A stretch of 29,464 bases of DNA from Octopus sinensis (taxonomy: Eukaryota), in assembly GCF_006345805.1 (NCBI RefSeq), contig NW_021833126.1, positions 1-29,464 of the forward strand, written 5' to 3'. This document shows positions 21,245 through 29,464 of the stretch, piece by piece (the stretch's first letter is position 1; each line of letters opens with the position of its first letter). The notes beneath the pieces were generated by a model that saw only the letters and a list, made by a program, of their open reading frames with translations, did not search any database and was not told the DNA's origin. The translations under genes were made by a program, and so were the position numbers.

Positions 21245-21430
21245 GGATAAAATAGTAAGCGGCTTTTGTTCCGTTTTATTTCAAATTTCTGTGTTCAGAT
21301 GCAATCGAGACCTTCTATACTTTTCATCCTTTCGGGGCAAATAAAATGGCTACCAGTTAGCAATGGGGTTAATCTGATCGGGAAGCACCTCGAGCACAAA
21401 ATTTCAGGATTTGGCCTACATTAGAAAGGA
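21245..21430 (+). mobile_element. Degenerate SINE family 1 (tail type II)
   Basis: TTTCATCCTTTCGGGG...AAAATTTCAGGATTTGGCCTACATTAGAAAGGATT. Confidence 0.55.
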
Positions 21431-21449
21431 TTATTTGCAGTGTTATTTT

Positions 21450-21543
21450 TACTGGTAGTAGTAGTAGTAGTAGCTGTAGCAGTGCAGTTGTTGTTGGTAG
21501 TAGTAGTAGTAGCAGCAGCAGCAGTAGTTGTTATAGTAGTAGT
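21450..21543. repeat. (GTA/GCA)n triplet microsatellite
   Basis: Directly visible. Confidence 0.9.
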
Positions 21544-22149
21544 CGCTTCACAATACTGATTTTCAATTTCCCATTTCAAGGGAAGTTTTGCCGATTAAGC
21601 CGTTTATTGGTTTACCAATGGCGATAGAATTTTGGCTGTTATTCTCTCATAATCCTGAGAATAATCTTTGATTAACGTAGCTTCTGTGATCTCACGCGGA
21701 CGTCAAATACATTTGAAAAATGGCTTTAATATTTATATGGCGCCCGATAGCAGTGGCCATTTGTTAATTTCCTGGTCAGTCTTGTGATAACAGCTTTGTT
21801 GGAGATAGACAACTAGCTGTAAGTGCAGTGCCGGAGATGTTTGGCTTAATCAGATGCTAATCATCTTAATGATGTTTTATGAGCGTCGTATTTAGAAGTG
21901 AACTGGCAAGCGTGGAGATTGCAGAGGTTGTGTATGAATATATGTGTGTATATACGAATGTATATATGTATTTGTAACTCTGTGTGCATATATATATACA
22001 TATATATATATGCATATGTGCATGTGTATGAATACATATAGATATATGCACCTATATATATGTGTATGTGTGTGTATTTATACTTGTGTGGTGTATGTTA
22101 TTTGTGTGTGTTGTGTACGTGTGCGTGCGTATGTGTGGATGTTAGTATA

Positions 22150-22310
22150 GAATAGTAGTCAAGAAGTCGGTTTGGAAACCACGAAGTCGTGGGTTCGACG
22201 TTAACTCGTGGAAGCTCAAGGAAGCGTCTTTACAATAGTATTTTGTTGCCCCAGTCCTTTTCAATGAATTTGGGGCGACGGAAGCCAATTTGGGGTGTAG
22301 AAGCCAATCG
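22150..22310 (+). mobile_element. Highly degenerate SINE family 2 head
   Basis: AACCACGAAGTCGTGGGTTCGAC (B-box-like) ...GGCGACGGAAGCC resembles the 11765 head; follows a TG/TA tract. Confidence 0.4.
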
Positions 22311-22494
22311 GGTGGACTTAATTAATTATTTAAAGTTCCGTTTTTCTCACACTGTTTCACGGTGATTCGACTCTGTAATTCTGTTAATAGTATACGTAGT
22401 CTGCGGAATACTCAACGCCTTGCACGACCAAAATACGACCAAAATAGATGTGATACTGCATCATCGTGATTGCAGCGGTAGAGTTTATCTCATT

Positions 22495-22985
22495 TATTTC
22501 AAGATTTCTTGCCAATAGAGAAAGAACCGGTTTCTAACCTAGAACCAAGGCTCCTTCATTCGAATTTCAACATCAACAACAGGGTATGTATGTATACATG
22601 TATGTATGTATGTATGTGCAGATTTGTATGTTTTATGTATGTCTTCTCATGCATATAGTTACATATCTAGACATTCTCATATGTATTTAAATGAAAAACT
22701 ACTTCGAAGTTTTACAGATTTTTACAGTTCCAGTGATGGATTGGAACTGTAGTCTTCGAATTAGCTTTCTTATTTCTGGTATTGAAACTCCTATTTTCTC
22801 AAGATTTGTATTTAGGCAATGTGTTACATATCCCAGGGCCCCAATAATTGCAGGTATAAACCTGAACTTGTAATCTGGATAGAGTAACTGCAGATTTCTC
22901 AATAGTTCAGTAAAGGTGTTCTCTTTTTCACTGATCTTCAGCTTTATGTTAACATCGGCTTTGCAGCTAATTTCCACAACCGTAC
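22495..22985 (-). mobile_element. 3' end (REL C-terminus plus 3' UTR) of a second REL non-LTR retrotransposon family
   Basis: ORF 22699-22989(-): VVEISCKADVNIKLKISEKENTF..L..LYPDYKFRFIPAIIGALGYV...ITGTVKICK is typical of the REL end (EIS.P..K..KY / IIGALG); followed by an about 200-bp UTR-like segment ending ATCTTGAAATAAA. Confidence 0.8.
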
Positions 22986-23809
22986 GCACGAATATATATA
23001 TGTGTGTGTCTGAGAGTGTCTCTATGTATGTATGTTCATCCTGAGTATGATTTCAAACGTCAACCGTTTTTGGAACCATGGTACGGGAGTTCCTGGGTCT
23101 TGTGGAGTGTAGAACCACCTCTGACCAACTATTTTTCCATGTTCACCCTGACCTCCAGTAGCCACACCTGTTAAGTCCCCAGCTCTACGTTAATTAGCAT
23201 GCGAACCCCAGGGGGTCAAAAACATCTACTTCTCATGCGAGCTTCGTTCTTGGAGAAAACAAATTCATATATACAAGTATGAAATGCTGCTGGTTCTAAC
23301 CATCTCCACCTCTGCTCTGCAACGAGATTTATCGTTGGTTGCGCAGTAGGATGGTTTCAGTGTTGTGCAGCAGTTTATCCCGTCAGAAGATCTGACATTC
23401 TCGGAACGTTTGCACGGACCTATTGTGTTTAGGAATTGGTTTTTCTCACTAACGCCTTCACTTTGTAAATATGCCTGCAAGCATGTATGGGCCTATGTTG
23501 ACGAATGCATGCATACAAACACATAAGCGGATGTATGTGTGTATTGTTTGCTTATATAAGTTAATTTGTTCGAGTATACAAGAGTGTATATGCCACGGTG
23601 TAATGTATGCATGTATGTTTGTATGTATGGATGGATGGGTAGATAGATGAATATATATATATATATATGTGTGCGTATCTTTGGTACAGATATATACACC
23701 TAGCGGTTTTGTGTATATGCGTAGATGTACGCATGTTGTTTGGGTGCATGTAAGCCGTATATAAGTAAACGATCATGCATACATTCGTACGTACACACAC
23801 ACACACACA

Positions 23810-23846
<37 letters not shown>

Positions 23847-23920
23847 CTCATACAATTTATATCCTACTATTTGATTTAATAGGCATTAATCAGCGCCCGG
23901 GATTATCATGGTACAGCACC

Positions 23921-24160
23921 CGAAGACATGCAGTCGCCAAGCGGATTTTCATACCCTAAATATTTGCTTGTGTGTGTGTTTGTGAAGGAGATAGTTAGTG
24001 AATGTATGTGCTGTGTACGTGAGCGTTTGGGTCAGAAGCACCCAGTCGCAGAGGTAGAATCGGATGAAGTGAACCTAGTTTTGGACTTCACCATCCATAG
24101 TGATCAGGACATTCATAGAAGAAGAAATGATATCGTCGCTGTTGCACAGTTAAGAAAAAG
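23921..24160 (+). mobile_element. Very degenerate third REL retrotransposon relic
   Basis: RRHAVAKRI (cf. RHDxVAKxIH), then KHPVAEVESDEVNLVLDFTIHSDQDIHRRRNDIVAV (cf. EH.P..V.EN...ILWDF.IQTD..I..RRPDIVV); interrupted by a TG tract. Confidence 0.55.
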
Positions 24161-24162
24161 AT

Positions 24163-24164
24163 GA

Positions 24165-24207
<43 letters not shown>

Positions 24208-24236
24208 TGAGTGAGAGAGAGAGAGAGAGAGAGAGA
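24163..24236. repeat. (GA)n microsatellite
   Basis: Directly visible; further (CT)n at ~24560-24600, (GAT)n at ~24630-24662 and (AAT)n at ~24830-24922. Confidence 0.95.
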
Positions 24237-24559
24237 AAAGGCGTTGTTGGATAATTGATGTAGCATTGCCAAGGGATAAGAGAATAATGTGAAATGGAAA
24301 CGGAAAAGAAGGAAAAGTAGCAAATTTTGAAGAGGAAAATTGACAAATTGGGAGGCAGGAAAAACTTGAAGTCGCAGCTATAAGAGTGGATCCCTTGAGG
24401 GCTACGTCAGCGATTTAGATCGAAACGTGGATGGGGAGGGGAGGAGTGGAGTGGAACGGAGTTATGTACACACGTTCTTCAGAAATGGAGTGGGCCCTAA
24501 AGATGTCCTTTGAAATACAAGGGAAGCAAGATATGAGAGACTTTTCGTTCTGTTATTCC

Positions 24560-24600
<41 letters not shown>

Positions 24601-24697
24601 AAGATACGATCGAACCAATAGAAAGGGCAGTGATGATGATGATGACGATGATGATGATGACAATATTAAGGATAGTAATAATCATAATTCTTTCTAA

Positions 24698-24828
24698 TTT
24701 TGGCGCCAGGCCAGCAGTTTTGAGAGGAGGGGCCAATTCTACTTCTTCGAACCCAGTACATGACTGGTACTTCAATATATCGACACGGAAATGATGAAAG
24801 GTAGAGACATCAGCAGTATTTGAACTTC
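24698..24828 (-). mobile_element. Degenerate SINE family 1 (tail type II)
   Basis: TTTTGGCGCCAGGCCAGCAGTTTT...CCCAGTACATGACTGGTACTT...ATCGAC...GATGAAAGG...ATTTGAACT. Confidence 0.55.
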
Positions 24829-24874
24829 TGTGATAATAATAATGCTGCTACTACTACTACTACAACAAATGATG

Positions 24875-24922
<48 letters not shown>

Positions 24923-24929
24923 GTAACCG

Positions 24930-25143
24930 TTCCTACTGGAGGCACAAGGCCTCATATTTTGTGGGGAGGGGAGAAGTGTATTACATCGACCCCAGTGAAA
25001 CATTGATAGTTAATTTATCGACCTCGAAAGGATGAAAAGGCAAAGTCAACCTCGGCGGAATTTGAACTCAGAACGTAGCAGTAGACGAAATACCGCTAAG
25101 CATTTCGTCCAGCGCTCTAATGATTCAACCAGCTCGCCGCCTT
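24930..25143 (-). mobile_element. tRNA-derived SINE (family 1, tail type II), full length
   Basis: Reverse complement AAGGCGGCGAGCTGG...GACGAAATGCTTAGCGGTATTTCGTC...GAGTTCAAATTCCGCCGAGGTTGACTTTGCC; head abuts (AAT)n. Confidence 0.9.
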
Positions 25144-25144
25144 A

Positions 25145-25178
<34 letters not shown>

Positions 25179-25400
25179 GCAAATATTCTGCTCAAAACCA
25201 CAGATTTGCTTGTCAGTTGTTTGCCCTTAACCAGTTGAGCATGTCCTTTGGTGGCTGAAACAAGGTTGTTTTGCGTTCAACACCATTAGACAACCATTAT
25301 TCAGGGACCTTTTGAGTGGGATGGGTTACTCGACATGAAGAAATTCTAACTGAGCCCCACCTGCAAGGTCATACGCTGTTTATCTTGAAATCAGATCATG
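25179..25400 (-). mobile_element. Unclassified ~530-bp element, partial and internally deleted copy D
   Basis: GCAAATATTCTGCTCAAAACCACAGATTTGCTTGTCAGTTGTTTG...ATTCAGGGACCTTTTGAG...CGCTGTTTATCTTGA matches copies A and C. Confidence 0.75.
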
Positions 25401-25469
25401 TTACCTTATATATATATCCACATCGTTATATATGAATCATTTTGGTTGTATGTTGCATTTTCTGTTTAA

Positions 25470-25790
25470 GCAATGCATCACATTAGTCGATTTGATATCT
25501 TTTACTGCAACAGCCTGGGTTTCAGGGACCCACAGCTTTTTAATATTCTTCTAAAGAGCTTGAGTAATCTACACAAAGTAGATGTAGGCGTTTTTAAATC
25601 AAGGCTGGACCTCTTCCAGTCGAGAGTCCCAGATGAACCTACCTCATGGCAAGAGGTGCAAATGAGGGCAGCTACATCAAACTCCATTCTTCACCAAGTG
25701 CCACTGATTAGAGGAGGATCTCAGTAGTAACAGTGTAGCAAAACGCTGGTGCTCCAGCATGGCCAAAGCTATGAGCTGAAATCACAAAAA
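25470..25790 (+). mobile_element. 5'-truncated CR1-like LINE 3' end (ORF2 C-terminus plus 3' UTR)
   Basis: ORF 25473-25727: NSLGFRDPQLFNILLKSLSNL..VGVFKSRLDLFQSRVPDEPT fits the LFN.LP....FK..LD.FL..PDEP C-terminal pattern of CR1/L2-group RTs; short UTR with hairpin and A-rich end. Confidence 0.8.
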
Positions 25791-25802
25791 AGGGGGTGGG
25801 GA

Positions 25803-25890
25803 AAGACGGCGAGCTGGCTGAATCGTTAGCACGTTGGCAAAATACTCAGCGGCTTTTCGTTTGCCTCTACGTTCTGAGTTCGAATTCTGC
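25803..25890 (+). mobile_element. SINE family 1 head only
   Basis: AAGACGGCGAGCTGGCTGAATCGTTAGCACG...GTTCTGAGTTCGAATTC. Confidence 0.7.
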
Positions 25891-26544
25891 CTTATGCCAA
25901 ATTTTGAAGCCAACATTAACAAAGTAGAGCAATGGAAGAAAATCCGTCCGACATTCATTTTGCTATTCTCTATTACAACTTATTACAATAAAATTCCATG
26001 TTGTACCGATTGGAATCGTCATGTGTCTTTTAAAAAATAGAATGTTAAAGGAAAATATTGGACTTTCGAATATAAACAAACGACTGAACAGCAGCAGATA
26101 ATGAGACATCCATCAACAATACAAGAAAACCAAATCGCAGAAAGGTTGTGTGGAATCGAGGGCGGAAAGCTAAAGAATTACACAGACTTAAACGTATATA
26201 ATTCTTTTTGATGTGAGAAAGGTAACTCTTGATGTATTTCTGAGACCATGAATACTAAATGTAATAATAATAACAATAACAATAATAATAATAACAATAA
26301 TGAAAATGAAAATAATAATAAAATATAAAAAACAGAAAAACCTTCATTCTTCCCATCCATCACATTAATTAAATTATCACAGTGCATGTTTGCCAAAAAG
26401 TCTTTGTGCAATAGCAATTAAGATGAATCTTGCATTAATTAAATTAGCGATGTGGCTAGTAGATTTCTTAAAGGTGATATCAGTAGCTTCTTTATTAGAT
26501 TACAATATCAGTTGTTCTAGAGACTTTTGTGAGAAAACTAAACA

Positions 26545-26600
26545 GCAACAACAACAACAACAACCACAAAAAGAATTGTAATAATAATAATAATAATAAC

Positions 26601-26647
<47 letters not shown>

Positions 26648-26650
26648 TAA
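26545..26650. repeat. (CAA)n/(AAT)n microsatellite
   Basis: Directly visible. Confidence 0.95.
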
Positions 26651-29149
26651 TAGAATTGATGATGATGCTGATAATAATTTTTGCGACAAGCAGAAGGAAA
26701 TTGACAGCGACAGAATGTCACGTTATGGTATTTCTTTCAATATTGACTTTTTGAATTTTTGCTTGTAATTCCTTGAGGCGAGACGTATCATGAAGTGATA
26801 CTACTGTACTAAGGACAAGGAACTGGAAGAAGCGTTAAATATCTAGGTACAATAACTTACAGCATTGGTCCTGGCCCGTCGTATTCAGCTAAACTTTGTA
26901 CTTTATGCATTCAAAATACAGAAATTGAAAAAGTAAACCAGGGCGATGAAATGGCGGAAATACTTTCTTACGGCTTAGTGTTGTGTGTGTGTGTGTTGTT
27001 TTTTTTTTCGAGGCAATCTCTTCAAAATGGCGATTTTCAAGCTGTTCCGGGTCTTTACCTTGGAAATTGTGGGATGGAAGAATCGTATACATGGGTTACC
27101 GGTAGTTATTCAGATGATAAATGTCCCTCAGGCATTCACATAGAGTTGGAGCTATACGGAAAAAGTGACGTAGGTTTTAGATATTTATTAACTATTACGC
27201 CCTCCTTGCTCCCAGTCTCTCCCTGCTTGCTGGTTCCACAAACAACTGTCAGGCTGGGTAAATAAAACTAAGATATATAGATTGTTACTCAGTACTAATA
27301 CTGGATACCTCTTTGGTCACTAATAACTGAGTTTTACCCATCTAATTACGACACCAGTGACTCACATGTCACTGACTTTGTGTGTCAGTAGAGACAGGTT
27401 TTGTCTAGCATGCAGTGATAGGGAATGCCTTTCGCTGATGAAGAGCAAACACAGAAGTCACGTGACTAGTGGCTCCGCCATTAGTGCGGGGCATTCTTCG
27501 TCTGCTGCTGATAGCTCTGTGCCATTTAGCAGTCTACTTTATGCTTTCTTGTGAGGAAATACCGTAGTGTTATGGCGTTCTTGCAGAATATCCACGTTAA
27601 GTTGGACATACAGATTGTTATTCCGCATTAATATTGCCTGCGTCGCTAATAACTAATTTACGTGTGTATGTGTGTGTGCATGTGTGTGTGTATGCATGTG
27701 TATGTGACTGTGGTACTAGAACACCTAAACTGCTAGAACAAGAGCTAAAAAGCTCTAGTTCTGTAGTTAAAGCGCATCATTTTATACGAAGGTATACAGT
27801 TATGCGCTATTTCTAGCAATGTAGCTGTTCTAACACCGTAGTCGTCTTTAGTGACTATTGTACTGTTGCATTTTGGTAAAACATCGCACACGGCTGTCTC
27901 ATAGAGAAAACGAATAATTTGCTGCTTGAAGGAAATTCTACCGTTAATTGTCCTGAGCTGGTCAAGAGATTGCTTCCATTATTTGCACGTTTAGAGCGAA
28001 TGGTTGTTTTAGTAGTTGAGCCTGTCTGATTGTAAAGTTGAGGATCCTAACAGATCCTAACGATTCTAACTGAGGCAATGATTATGTCGACGGTTTTGAT
28101 TATGTTGGTGGTGTTGACCATGATAAAGATCAACAAAGTGGTTCCTTTTGTTAGAAGCAGTCAACGAGGGAATCTCTACGATAGGCAAGGGAAATTGTTT
28201 TCGAGAAGCGGACCGCATGAGACATGGTTCATCATTAGAGAGACCGCACTGCTGAAAAATTGCAAGGTACTTTTTTATTGGGATTGCAAATCATAAAATC
28301 CTGCGGGTTACGGATTGACTTTGATTGCACAAATAGGTCTCTTGGGGAACTAGAAAGAACAGAGCAATATTTCTCACCCTCACACCGAAAAATCAAGGGC
28401 TGAAGTTTCATTTGAACATGTAGTTCATGATGCATAAGATCTGGGATGATCATGGCATGTGTTTACAAATCTACCTCATCACCGAATACCTGGGGTTAAA
28501 GAACAACGAAAACAACACTATCGATTCGATGATATAGATGTAGGTAGAGCATGTTTTTAATAAAAGACTGTAGATGTTAGGAATGGAATAAATTCCATAA
28601 TGGAAGAGCCGAGTCCAGCACCGACTGGCGGCTGGAGGATATCTTCATCAATACAGACAAACTTTGAGCAAAGTAGTGCAACATTAACACGAAGTAAAAT
28701 GATTCGCAAGAAATAGCAGACAAAGATACATCAAACCATATAACTAATGTCTCAAAAACTAAGAACCATTTCATGTATGTAGTCCTAGATACATTATGTC
28801 TGAAACTAATAAATACAAAATGGTTATATTTTGGATGGTTCGATGAATTCTCACTTCAGGCAAAACAACAACAACACAAACAACAACAGAATCAGCAGTG
28901 GCCACACGGTGGAATCAGCATCGGTGTTCTAATTTTTGAAAACACAGGTGCCGGAATGGTTAGAGTGCCTGACATTTCCCAGGACTCATTTAGGTCTTAT
29001 GGAATATAGTATCAGCAGCGAAAATATGACTGAATAAAAGAATATATGAGCATGCACGCGCGATATATATATAGTTTTTTTTTGCTGCTTGTGACTACGT
29101 GTAACTATATAGTCACATGTATACGAAGCTGTACAATAAGCACTCACGT

Positions 29150-29159
29150 GTGCATGTAT

Positions 29160-29208
<49 letters not shown>

Positions 29209-29464
29209 CAACGTCTGTTGCTCTACTTCCGAAACATAGTTTTCTTTTGAGTTCTAAACATACACAAACACGGCACACCATACATATTTACGAGTGAGAT
29301 TGTGTGCATGAATGTACATTTAATTATATATATATACATACAATAATATACATGTACATATAGATATACCTATATATATATTATAATATCGTACATACAT
29401 ACAGATAGATATAATACATCTATACATCATATATATAACATATATATATATATATAATATATAT
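29150..29464. repeat. (TA)n-rich microsatellite field
   Basis: Directly visible. Confidence 0.85.

Noticed and set aside
23265-23480. 71-aa Cys-containing ORF (C-CC-C-C), toxin- or knottin-like
   Set aside because: Five cysteines, no signal peptide, weak splice signals; unsupported.
26951-27265. ORF containing VPGLYLGN, like the N-terminus of dual-specificity phosphatases
   Set aside because: Downstream DUSP motif spacing does not fit, the acceptor is a poor GAG, and an open frame of this length is expected by chance; BLASTx would settle it.
1318-29297. Dozens of 60-160 aa ORFs rich in Y/I/H/T/V/C/M
   Set aside because: They are translations of TA/CA/TG microsatellites, which lack stops in some frames; no domain motifs.
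1-29464. CRISPR array or prokaryotic operon
   Set aside because: No regularly spaced repeat-spacer units and no gene-dense organisation; the sequence is eukaryotic repeat-rich DNA.

Overview
AT-rich, microsatellite-dense eukaryotic intergenic or intronic DNA with no host protein-coding exon that I can support. The repeat families resemble those I recall from octopus (coleoid cephalopod) genomes, but that assignment is an inference. Most ORFs in the supplied track are artefacts of (TA)n, (CA)n, (AAT)n and (GAT)n tracts. Supportable content: (1) about a dozen copies of a tRNA-derived SINE with two alternative tails, plus CORE-type tRNA SINEs; (2) a decayed mariner transposase; (3) three relics of restriction-enzyme-like (REL) endonuclease non-LTR retrotransposons; (4) the 3' end of a CR1-like LINE that shares its tail with a SINE in the same window; (5) four copies of an unclassified ~530-bp element flanked by (AAT)n; (6) Penelope-like (PLE) fragments carrying minimal type I hammerhead ribozyme (HHR) motifs from at least three families. 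The most striking structure is 19143-19766: a 318-bp near-perfect palindrome with one HHR per arm, followed by a third HHR of another family. HHRs in PLEs are known in general; the core variant and this arrangement are what merit testing.
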